Shown: in pieces, positions 30,169 to 40,133 of the stretch
Numbering within the stretch: position 1 is the first letter of the stretch
Layout of the letters: every line of letters begins with the position of its first letter
NCBI GenBank assembly: GCA_963665125.2
Contig: CAXXUK010000001.1
Location: 1,472,001-1,536,000, forward strand
Reading direction: 5' to 3'
DNA: 64,000 bases
Origin: an uncultured Desulfarculus sp.
Lineage (GTDB): Bacteria; Desulfobacterota; Desulfarculia; Desulfarculales; Desulfarculaceae
Translations under genes and position numbers: made by a program
Notes under the pieces: generated by a model
The model's database searches: none
What the model saw: the letters and a program-made list of their open reading frames with translations, nothing else
What the model was told of the DNA's origin: nothing

Positions 30169-30502
30169 CAGAAACCTCCGTTTTTGGGCAATGGGTAATC
30201 GGGTTGGACAAATGAGAACGAGGGCTCAGGGCGGCCCAGGCCTAACACCCGCGTATTGTATGGGGGCCTGTTTGGGTGGAGTGTACGCAGACACCGCCTC
30301 GTGTAGACGCCTGGCCGGGCCATGCGTCAAACGGCCTTTCCTGGTGACCTTTGCAGCGATATTTCGGTGGCTCCGCCAAATGTGCTGCCGGCCGCGAGAC
30401 ACGCTGTCCGCCGAGACGGTATGAGCTTGGATTCCAACTCCAGCCAAAGTTCGCTCTTTTCCGTTTGTCTTCGGAGTTGACCGCTAGGAGTCAACCGGGC
30501 CT

Positions 30503-30554
30503 AAAAAACAAAAAGGTCCGGTAAAACACCGCGTTCAGCGTTTTACCGGACCTT
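30503..30554 (-). terminator. Intrinsic terminator within the 5' leader (attenuator)
   Basis: Minus strand AAGGTCCGGTAAAAC-N12-GTTTTACCGGACCTT followed by TTTGTTTTTT. Confidence 0.8.
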
Positions 30555-30580
30555 GCAGGTCCTAATTTTTATTGTGATAA

Positions 30581-30653
30581 CAACTGACGATGCCCGGCGG
30601 TTACTCCCACCGTCGCCGTCTGGTCATGCGGCCAGTTTCATCTGTCCGAGTTG
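30581..30653 (-). ncRNA. Candidate cis-regulatory RNA (riboswitch-like), family unassigned
   Basis: Closed multi-stem structure directly upstream of a leader terminator in front of metal-uptake genes; see findings. Confidence 0.45.
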
Positions 30654-30954
30654 CAGATTTAAGAAATAGTAATTTGAACGGCGTCTCTTCTAAGAAGCCA
30701 TATTTCGTTGAGTAGTCTTTCTAGCTGAATTTCGGACCAGGGTCAAGAAGAATTGATTTACTTCATTAACACGGGTACTTGGATAAATAAATATAGGAAG
30801 CTGTTTTCAGCGAAGTGATATTACATGCTCCGGAGTAGGGCTATTATTAGCGGATTTCCGACCAAAGGACCAATGCTCACCGCATGCGGCACAAGCACAC
30901 AAAGCCGCAAGCCGCAAGTGTAATTTCGTGATAATTGCACGGCCAACCTCTGAA

Positions 30955-32210
30955 TGATCTTCCCCACAAACGACGGACAGTTTACTAAGCGACTATTTGG
31001 TTTTCAAAGGCCAGCGGTCTGATGTAGCCATTGGCACTGTGCCTCCTGGTTCGGTTGTAGTCAACCTCGATATACTCGAATACGGCCCGGCGTAAGTCCT
31101 GTCGAGTGGCGAAGCTTTCGCCATGAACCAACTCCACCTTGAGGGTATGGAAGAAGCTTTCGGCCACGGCGTTGTCATAACAGTTGCCCTTACCGCTCAT
31201 GCTGCAAACCAGTTCACGTTTGGCCAAGAGGGCCTGGTATTTCCGGGAGCAGTACTGGCTGCCACGATCCGAATGGACCATCACACCTTTGGGCATATGC
31301 CGCCGCCACAAGGCCATCTGCAATGCGTCACAGACCAGGTCGGCTTTCATACGCTTATCCATGGCCCAGCCAACCACCATGCGCGAAAACAGGTCGAGCA
31401 ACACTGCCAGATACAACCAGCCCTCGCCGGTCCAAAGGCAGGTGATATCGCAGACCCACCTCTGATTTGGAGCGGTTGCGCTAAAATCCTGGGCCAATAG
31501 ATTTGGAGCCACCGGCAGACTATGGCCCGAATCCGTGGTGGCCTTGAACTTCCTGCCCGCTTTAGCTACAAGGCCCTGCCTATTCATGCTTTTGGCCACT
31601 GTTTTGCGGTTGTATTTGCAGCCCTGCTCATCAAGATCGAGAGTCAGCCCAACTGCTCCGCTACGGCCCTTGCGAACTTCAAAGGCTTTTTTCACCAGGT
31701 GATCGAGTCTCTCACGCTCCATCTGCCTTTTACTGGGATTTTGCAGCCTGCGCCGCCGGCCATAATACCCGCCACGCGATACACCAAAGGCAAAACACTG
31801 TGCCGTGATGCTGAATGTGCCTGCGTTTTGCTGCATGAACGCGTACTTCACTTCAGGCTTTTGGCGAAGTCTGCGGCGGCCTTTTTAAATATGGCCAACT
31901 CCTCTTCTTTCTTGGCCAACTGCCGCTTCAGCTTGGCGTTTTCAATTTCCAATTCCTTTTCGGTTTCATTGCGGCCGGCCTCATAGCGAGCCTTTTTGCG
32001 CCAAGCGTAAACCTGGGACTCATGCAGGCCAAGCTGCTTGGCCGCACCAGCCACGCCCGCTTGCTCGGCCAAACCCAGCGCCTCAATCTTGAATTCCAGC
32101 GAGTACCGTCGCCTGGTGGATTTCTTCTGGCTCTTCTGTGATGGCGCCGAACGCCTCCGTTAAGCAATTTACTCGCTTAAACGAGCGCCCGTCAAAACTG
32201 GGCTGGATCA
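30955..32210 (-). mobile_element. IS3-family element (copy 4)
   Basis: TGATCTTCCCCAC... / ...GGGCTGGATCA ends; orfB 30985-31851, orfA start lost; no TSD. Confidence 0.95.
30985..31851 (-). CDS. IS3 transposase OrfB
   Basis: DDE motifs. Confidence 0.92.
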   Translation of the reverse strand: MKYAFMQQNAGTFSITAQCFAFGVSRGGYYGRRRRLQNPSKRQMERERLDHLVKKAFEVRKGRSGAVGLTLDLDEQGCKYNRKTVAKSMNRQGLVAKAGRKFKATTDSGHSLPVAPNLLAQDFSATAPNQRWVCDITCLWTGEGWLYLAVLLDLFSRMVVGWAMDKRMKADLVCDALQMALWRRHMPKGVMVHSDRGSQYCSRKYQALLAKRELVCSMSGKGNCYDNAVAESFFHTLKVELVHGESFATRQDLRRAVFEYIEVDYNRTRRHSANGYIRPLAFENQIVA

Positions 32211-32259
32211 GAGCCCAAAAGGCCCAACGGCCACCACATAAACCCTACTGGCAAACCAT

Positions 32260-33795
32260 CTACTTCAACAGCTCTTCGGCCCGTTCCCTCACCGCCCGTT
32301 CATCGTCCTCCAGGGCCAGTTTCAAGGCATCACGCGCTTCTGGTCCGCCTATTTCGCCCAGGGCTTCCACGGCGCTGAGGCGCAACCCCCAGTCCGGATA
32401 CTGCAAGGCCTTGCGTAAACAGGCCAGGGCATCCGGTCCACTCAGCTTGCCCAGACCCGCCGCCGCCCTTTCGCTCACCCTGGATGATTCGTCCCCCAGG
32501 GCCCGGCACAAGGGATAGACCGCCTCGGCCTGGCCGCATTCGACCAGGGCCTGCACGGCCAGCAAACGCAGGTTTTCATTGCCCATGCGCAACCAGGTAG
32601 CCAGGGGCGGCAGCACCCTGGGATCCTGGATGCGGCCCAGGGCCTCCAACGCCCGGCCCCGCACCTCGGATCCGGGGCGGTCCAGGGCCGCAGTCAGGGG
32701 GCCGATGGCCCGGGGGTCGGCCAAGGCTCCCAGCGCCTCCACCGTTGCCCGCTGGTTGAGGATGTCGGGCTTGTCCAGCTGTTCGATAAGGTCGGGCGTG
32801 GCTCGCCTGTCCCCCACGGCGCCTAGGGCTATGATGACCTCCAGGCGCACGCTTTTGCTGGGGTCATGCAGGGCCCGCAGCAAGGCGGGCATGCTTTTGG
32901 GGTCGCGCAGCTTGGCCAGCACCCGGGCGGCATCCAGCCGCTCTTCTCCCCGGCCGTAATCCAGGCTGTAGATGGCCTTGCCCAGTTGGTCGCCGTCCGC
33001 CGGCTTGGCCGGGGGGTGTTTGATCATCCGCACCGCCTGGGCCGCGGCCTGGCTCACCAATTGCTCCGGATCATTGTTCATGGCCTGCAGAGGGGCCAAG
33101 GCCCGTTTGTCCCCGATGCGCCCCAGGGACCAGGCCGCCTCCATCCGGATGGCATAGCTCTCGTCCTTCAGCCGGGGCAGCAGAACCGGCACCGCCCTGG
33201 CGTCACCGATCTGGCCCAGGGCCATCACCGCCAGGCGGCGGTTGTTGTGGGCCTTGTCATCCAGGGCGGCGATGAGGGGCTCCACCGCCCTGGCGTCCCC
33301 CACCATGCCCAGGGCCTGGGCCGCCGCCCCCCGCAATTCGATGGATTCATCCTTCAGGGCCGCGATCAAAGCTTCCGTTGCGCGCGGATCTCCGATGCAG
33401 CCCAGAGCGTCGGCCGCGAAATAACGCGTGGAGGGATCGGATTTTTGCAACGTTTCAATCAAGGCTGGCACAGCCGATGGATCCCTGATTTTCATCAAGG
33501 CCATCGCGGCCTCCATGCGCACCACAACATCCGAACTCCCAAGGGCCAGGACAAGGGCCGGCACCGCCCGGCGGTCACCCAGATTGCCCAGAATCTCAGC
33601 GGAATGGGCACTGACATAGCCGCCTCCGGTGCGCAGGCGCTCGATATTATCCAGCACCGGGTCGTCATCGGCCTGGACCGTTGAGAACGGGTCCAACAGC
33701 AGGGCCAGAAACAGGCAAGCCAGGCCCAAAAATCGCGCTCCGGCCCTACCGTGTTTTCCGCCGGTTGTAAATCGGCCAACCGTTTCCATCGTCAT
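32260..33795 (-). CDS. HEAT (PBS-lyase/EZ-HEAT) repeat protein with N-terminal signal/TM
   Basis: Many ~31-aa units (AA.ALG.IGD.RAV..L..AL.D) in two blocks; start at MTMET. Confidence 0.92.
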   Translation of the reverse strand: MTMETVGRFTTGGKHGRAGARFLGLACLFLALLLDPFSTVQADDDPVLDNIERLRTGGGYVSAHSAEILGNLGDRRAVPALVLALGSSDVVVRMEAAMALMKIRDPSAVPALIETLQKSDPSTRYFAADALGCIGDPRATEALIAALKDESIELRGAAAQALGMVGDARAVEPLIAALDDKAHNNRRLAVMALGQIGDARAVPVLLPRLKDESYAIRMEAAWSLGRIGDKRALAPLQAMNNDPEQLVSQAAAQAVRMIKHPPAKPADGDQLGKAIYSLDYGRGEERLDAARVLAKLRDPKSMPALLRALHDPSKSVRLEVIIALGAVGDRRATPDLIEQLDKPDILNQRATVEALGALADPRAIGPLTAALDRPGSEVRGRALEALGRIQDPRVLPPLATWLRMGNENLRLLAVQALVECGQAEAVYPLCRALGDESSRVSERAAAGLGKLSGPDALACLRKALQYPDWGLRLSAVEALGEIGGPEARDALKLALEDDERAVRERAEELLK

Positions 33796-34454
33796 TCTCC
33801 CTCTTGTCCGTCTCGATTCCAAACAACCCCGGCGCAATGCCGCGACGCCTTGTCCAGCGCCGCTTGGAAAACTTCCCGGTTGGGGCAATAGATCCTCATC
33901 ACCACCCGCCAGGAGTTCTTCAGGCTGATGACCATGGACCTATTATAAACCACGGCCTTGCGCACTTTGCCCCAGGGCACGAAGCGGTCCATCTGGGCTG
34001 ATTGCATCAGGGCGCCGCTGGTCAGGCCCATGTTTCCTCCGGCCGCGCCCGCCGTGCCGCTCAGTATTGAAACCAGTGAAATCAACACCCTGGTGCCTCC
34101 GCTGGTGGCGAATCCCACCCCCTGGGGAGTTAGCAAAAAGCGTTTGCAGTAGCGATTGAAAAAAAACACCAGGTACATGAATTGGAACAAAAGGTAAATC
34201 GCGACCAGGCTCAATCCGGTCAGCACCAGGGTTCCCCTTAATGGGGTTTTGGCATAAGGGTCATTGTATGCCATCAGACCCCAAGCCAGCAGGAGGACCG
34301 GGGCCAGCGCCAGCAAGAACTTGAAGGTGGCCCACTGCATGAAGCGGTTATTGATCAGGCTGATTTTGGCCTCCCAACTCATTTCCCGCCCGTCCGTTGA
34401 TACTTCCATACCGCCCTCGTCTTTGACTACCACGGATTGGTCCATTGGGTTCAT
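33792..34454 (-). CDS. Hypothetical membrane protein
   Basis: TM segments; paralog of 34537-35163; start uncertain. Confidence 0.75.
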   Translation of the reverse strand: MNPMDQSVVVKDEGGMEVSTDGREMSWEAKISLINNRFMQWATFKFLLALAPVLLLAWGLMAYNDPYAKTPLRGTLVLTGLSLVAIYLLFQFMYLVFFFNRYCKRFLLTPQGVGFATSGGTRVLISLVSILSGTAGAAGGNMGLTSGALMQSAQMDRFVPWGKVRKAVVYNRSMVISLKNSWRVVMRIYCPNREVFQAALDKASRHCAGVVWNRDGQEGE

Positions 34455-34536
34455 CGGCAATCTCCGGGCCCATTGACGGCTCAGCGGCTCCGATGCAGCA
34501 CCCGCAGGTTCATGTAACCGCGCGGGCTCAAAAGGA

Positions 34537-35163
34537 TCATGTAAACACACGTCCTCGCAATTCCCTTGCCCCGGGGCAAAGGGACCGGCAGAGCTGCAAG
34601 GCCTGTTCATAGGTCTTTTGGTCCGCGCAATATAGCCTCAACACCGGCCGCCAGCGGTTGGAGAGGGTGATGGCCTTGTACCGGAAATGCGCGGTGATTT
34701 TCCGGACCTTGCTCCAGGGCAGGCGCAGATCACTGTAATTGAAAGTCATTAGGCCCGTTCCCAAGGCACTGCCCCCCAGCATGGACACACCCAGAGCAAA
34801 GCCCGCCCCGCCGGCCGCTTCCGCTACGGCCTTGCCCAGCCCACCGGACTGGAAACGGGCCCCGTCGCTGTTGATGGTGAACCGGGCGCCGTAACGATTG
34901 CGGAACATTCCCACCAGTATCAGCACCGCCAGCATCGTGAAACAAATGGTACCGGCCGCGAAAATCAGCGAGATACAGGCCCAATATCGGGTTAATTCGC
35001 CGCTGGACCACGCGCAGAAAAGCACGAACAGATAGACCAGGAAAAGGGCCAGACTCAGCCACTTGCCGGAGTCCCACCAGATGAAGGGATTGCTAATAAT
35101 CGGGATGCGCACACCCCAGGACAACTCCGGGCCGTCATTACTTCCCCGGTTACTCATTACCAC
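34537..35163 (-). CDS. Hypothetical membrane protein
   Basis: Shares F.NRY...F, PW.KVRK and L.N.WR.V.R.YC with its neighbour. Confidence 0.78.
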   Translation of the reverse strand: MVMSNRGSNDGPELSWGVRIPIISNPFIWWDSGKWLSLALFLVYLFVLFCAWSSGELTRYWACISLIFAAGTICFTMLAVLILVGMFRNRYGARFTINSDGARFQSGGLGKAVAEAAGGAGFALGVSMLGGSALGTGLMTFNYSDLRLPWSKVRKITAHFRYKAITLSNRWRPVLRLYCADQKTYEQALQLCRSLCPGARELRGRVFT

Positions 35164-35930
35164 TGCTCACCGTCATGCGGTTGGCCAAGACCAAAGTCAT
35201 CATTGCCTACCATGGAGATGGTTTCTCGCGGGAAACACGACCACGGCTATTTTGAGAACCGCAGCCAAGTTCACTCCCCCAGCCTGGCAGCCTTCATCGC
35301 TGCCCCTGCGCCGCAAAGGGTCGGTAGTGGTGAAACAGGAGAACCGGAGGAGCCACATGCACCAACCAGCTGCGTCCATGACTGAGGTTGTTTATGGTAG
35401 CTAAATACAAGTATAGCCGGTTGGGACGACAACACGCGCAAGGTTATGCTGAGAACTTAGACCACAAGTGGCCCGGCGTGCAATCCGCTGGGAATCGCCG
35501 CGGCGGATATGGAATCGCGGCTGAAATAGCACCAGCTGAGCAACATGGGCGAACACCTGATCCGCCAAACGGGCCACCGCCTGGAGCAGGAACGCCGGGG
35601 CCAGACCAACGTGATCGGTATTTGGGTGATAAAATAGCGGCAAAACAGGACCAGTGATGCCTTTTTGCCGTAAAAAGCCTCTTTGGGCCATGAATCATGG
35701 GCCGAAAAAGAGTTTTCTTCGGTTTTTTCACGGCTGTTTTTCCTGCAAATATGCAATGAAACACACCGGTTGCAGCAGGCGTCCCTGCGCGTGCACGTTG
35801 CGCCGTGGGTCTGGGGGTTGCATTTCCGGCCCGATGTGCTACGGTTTGAATGCATATTATTTGTGTTCAAAATATTTCGCTTCTAATATTTTCTTCACAA
35901 ATATTTTTTCCGCATTAAAGAGGATCAAAC

Positions 35931-36122
35931 ATGCGTACAAGCGGCAAAGAAGACAACGAGGACCCGGATACTGGTCAACGCGGCACGCCCCGCGCAGAGC
36001 ATAGCACCCACAGACCGGCCACCCGCCCACGCATCTTGCCTATCCAGCTTGCAGGCGACGTGACGACGTCAATCAACGTTTTACGCGATCCTGCGCGGCA
36101 ATCTCCGCCACAGGTTGGCTAA
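35931..36122 (+). CDS. Small ORF upstream of and in frame with ectA
   Basis: AAGAGGA RBS, 63 aa, stops 3 nt before the ectA ATG; no recognisable family. Confidence 0.35.
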   Translation: MRTSGKEDNEDPDTGQRGTPRAEHSTHRPATRPRILPIQLAGDVTTSINVLRDPARQSPPQVG

Positions 36123-36125
36123 GCC

Positions 36126-36611
36126 ATGGAACTGCTCGTACGCCCCACCCGGCTGGAGGACGGCGCCGCGGCTTACGGTCTGGTCAAGGCCTGCCCCGGC
36201 ATGGATATCAACTCCCTGTATGCCTATCTGATGCTTTGCAAGGAATTCAGCCGCACCTCACGCATGGCCTTCCGGGACGGCAAACCAATTGGCTACGTCT
36301 GCGGGTTCAGGCCTCCGCAGCGGCCTGAAGCGGTTTTCATCTGGCAGATAGTCGTTTCTCCCGACGCCCAAGGCACGGGAGTGGGCGGCAAGATGCTCCA
36401 TGATCTGGCCGCCGGACTCAGCCAAACCAAAGAATCCATCAGCTATGTCGAAGCCACGGTGGCCGGGGACAACCAGGCTTCGCGCGGGTTGTTCGGCGGG
36501 CTGGCCCAAAAGCTCGGCGCGCCTCTGAGGGAGGAGCCGTACCTCGCCGAAGGCCATTTCGGCGGACACGACCACCCGGCCGAGCCGTTGATACGCATAG
36601 GACCTTTCTAA
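36126..36611 (+). CDS. ectA: L-2,4-diaminobutyrate acetyltransferase
   Basis: DINSLYAYL, FIWQIVV, EATV..DN.AS..LF, EPLIRIGPF; operon context. Confidence 0.93.
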   Translation: MELLVRPTRLEDGAAAYGLVKACPGMDINSLYAYLMLCKEFSRTSRMAFRDGKPIGYVCGFRPPQRPEAVFIWQIVVSPDAQGTGVGGKMLHDLAAGLSQTKESISYVEATVAGDNQASRGLFGGLAQKLGAPLREEPYLAEGHFGGHDHPAEPLIRIGPF

Positions 36612-36663
36612 AAATTCTTTCATGAGCTCATGCCATGATTCAAACAAACAATATGGAGAGTAA

Positions 36664-37932
<1,269 letters not shown>

Positions 37933-37941
37933 GAGATCAAC

Positions 37942-38343
37942 ATGATAGTTCGCACCCTGGAACAGGCGGAAAACAGCCCCCGTTGCGTGAACACCGACAA
38001 CTGGCAGAGCGTGCGCATGCTGCTCAAAGGCGACGGCATGGGCTATTCGTTCCACATAACCACCATCCATGCGGGCACCGAAACCCACATCTGGTACCAA
38101 AACCATCTGGAGACGGTCTATTGCATGGAAGGCCATGGCGAGGTGGAGACCCTGGCCGACGGCACGATCCACAAGATCGAGCCGGGCACCATGTACGCCC
38201 TCAATGACAATGACGAACACCTGCTGCGGGCCCACAAAACCATGAAGCTGGCCTGCGTGTTCCGGCCCGCCCTGCACGGCGCGGAAGTGCACGACGAAAA
38301 CGGGGTCTATCCTCTGGAGGCCGAAGAGGTGACCGCGGGGTAG
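37942..38343 (+). CDS. ectC: Ectoine synthase
   Basis: MIVRTL, GMGYSFHITTI, WYQNHLE, EVHDENGVY. Confidence 0.97.
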   Translation: MIVRTLEQAENSPRCVNTDNWQSVRMLLKGDGMGYSFHITTIHAGTETHIWYQNHLETVYCMEGHGEVETLADGTIHKIEPGTMYALNDNDEHLLRAHKTMKLACVFRPALHGAEVHDENGVYPLEAEEVTAG

Positions 38344-38367
38344 GTTTCTCGTATTCCTTTAATCTAA

Positions 38368-38396
38368 GGCCTCTTGGGAATAATCCTGGGAGGCCG
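38368..38396. terminator. Hairpin between convergent genes
   Basis: GGCCTCTTGGGA-ATAA-TCCTGGGAGGCC. Confidence 0.55.
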
Positions 38397-38443
38397 AACT
38401 ATTTTCAGAGGATATTGGCGCTTTTCCTGGACATTATGTTTTT

Positions 38444-39976
38444 TCATTTGGTGGATATGCGGAGCTTGCGGATTTTTGACCGCAGAGTCGAGGGATTAAT
38501 CTCCAATAATTCCGCAGCGCCATTGGGGCCGGATATTTTGTTGTTCGTTTTTTTTAGGGCCAAGGCAATATGGCCCTTAACAGCTTCGTTCAGTGAAGAA
38601 ATAGGAGCGTCGGCATTATGATCGGCCCGGGCTGAGCCGACCAACTGGTTACCACCAAGCCAGTTAAAAACCAATTCGCCGCCATTGGCCAGAAACAACT
38701 CACGCTCAATGGCGTTTTCCAGTTCCCGGACATTGCCGGGCCAGTCGTACGCCCTTAGGCGGCGCATGGTTTCCCGGCTTATTTCCGGTGGGTCGGCAAA
38801 ACCCATACGGCGCCCTTTCTGTAAAATGAAATATTTTACCAGCATTGGCAGATCGCCTTTGCGTTCCTTCAATGGTGGTATTTTGATGGGAAATACCGAC
38901 AAACGATAATACAGGTCCTGCCGAAAATGCCCCTGGGCGACCATCTCCTCCAAATTCCGGTTGGTCGCCGCCACTACCCTGACGTTAACCTTGATCGGCC
39001 CTTTTCCACCGAGACGCTCTATTTCACGCTCCTGCAATACGCGTAATAACCGGATCTGTGCTTCAGCAGTAAGCTCGCCAATTTCGTCTAAGAACAGGGT
39101 GCCTCCATCAGCCCGTTCAAAACGGCCCTTGTAGAGCGCCATGGCCCCGGTAAAGGCCCCTTTTTCATGGCCGAACAGTTCGCTGTCTAAAAGTGAGGGG
39201 GCGATTGCACCGCAATTTAATTTGATCAAAGGACCATTTGGGTGACTCGACAGCTCATGAATCGCGCCGGCAATGACCTCTTTACCAACTCCTGTCTCAC
39301 CCAATAAAAGAACCGGAGATTCACCATGAGCGACTCTGCGTACCATTTCCATCACCCACCGGAGCCCGTAATCCGCTCCAATGATTTCCTTACTCACTTT
39401 ACGGTTTAGTTCATCCTGAAAAAAACGGCTTTCATCGGCAAAACGGTTTTTCAGCTCGTTCAACTCCAAAAAACGCAGGCTATTTGACAGGGCAACAGCA
39501 AAGGGCTCACGCAGCAGCGATAACAGATCAGCGTGCGCCTGTTCAAACTGACCATGGCCGGATTTGCGCAAAATCAGTGAGCCTATAAGTTTCTCACCAA
39601 CAATAAGGCGAACAATAAGGATCGACGCCCCATGAGCACCCAACCAAAGGGCATGTTTGGCAATGAAATGTTCTTCCGGGTGATTGACAATCATAATCTG
39701 CGGTACTTGGTTTGAATCCATTAGAGCGATAACGTCTTCCGGCAAATCCCAACATCTATTGTCAACAGTCCCACCATCATCATTGGCACTAGCTAATACC
39801 TTCATTTGCCCCTTGGCGAACTGTGGATGCATCAACATTAAATGGTCAACAGGCAGGTACTGTTTGAAGATTTGATAACAGCGAAACAGCGCCTGCTCAA
39901 TGTCAAGGCTGCTCGTAATGGCCAATATTGATTCCAGAAAAAATTGATTTCGTTCTACCGCCACGGAATTCTCCAA
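38444..39976 (-). CDS. Sigma-54-dependent regulator with GAF-like input (FhlA-type)
   Basis: GETGVGKE, GAFTGA, WPGNVRELEN, GAAELLEINPSTLRS. Confidence 0.93.
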   Translation of the reverse strand: MENSVAVERNQFFLESILAITSSLDIEQALFRCYQIFKQYLPVDHLMLMHPQFAKGQMKVLASANDDGGTVDNRCWDLPEDVIALMDSNQVPQIMIVNHPEEHFIAKHALWLGAHGASILIVRLIVGEKLIGSLILRKSGHGQFEQAHADLLSLLREPFAVALSNSLRFLELNELKNRFADESRFFQDELNRKVSKEIIGADYGLRWVMEMVRRVAHGESPVLLLGETGVGKEVIAGAIHELSSHPNGPLIKLNCGAIAPSLLDSELFGHEKGAFTGAMALYKGRFERADGGTLFLDEIGELTAEAQIRLLRVLQEREIERLGGKGPIKVNVRVVAATNRNLEEMVAQGHFRQDLYYRLSVFPIKIPPLKERKGDLPMLVKYFILQKGRRMGFADPPEISRETMRRLRAYDWPGNVRELENAIERELFLANGGELVFNWLGGNQLVGSARADHNADAPISSLNEAVKGHIALALKKTNNKISGPNGAAELLEINPSTLRSKIRKLRISTK

Positions 39977-40073
39977 ATATAACGTTTCGTCAAATATAAC
40001 TTAATTATTCGTTAAATTTAACATCATGTCAATGTTCCACAACTTATTATACTGATTTTATTGTCTTATTTTT

Positions 40074-40089
40074 TGGCAGGCTCCTTGCT
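40074..40089 (+). promoter_or_regulatory. Sigma-54 promoter
   Basis: TGGCAGGCTCCTTGCT (GG-N10-GC); repeated AAATATAAC / CGTTAAATTTAAC elements at ~39975-40022 are candidate activator sites. Confidence 0.75.
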
Positions 40090-40133
40090 CTTAATACAGA
40101 AAAACCGATTACCGTTGTTGGAGGGAGAACAGC

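Noticed and set aside
30503..30653. Assignment as cobalamin, ZTP or canonical NiCo riboswitch
   Set aside because: No B12-box, no ZTP downstream CGCCUGGGC hairpin, and only partial NiCo similarity; left unassigned.
30918..30940. Imperfect palindrome GTGTAATT-N7-AATTGCAC as a NikR/Zur/Fur site
   Set aside because: Plausible by position, but I cannot match it confidently to a specific consensus, and it lies next to an IS end.
35164..35930. Short ORFs between the membrane-protein pair and ectA
   Set aside because: Overlapping in several frames with no recognisable motifs; possibly degraded sequence.
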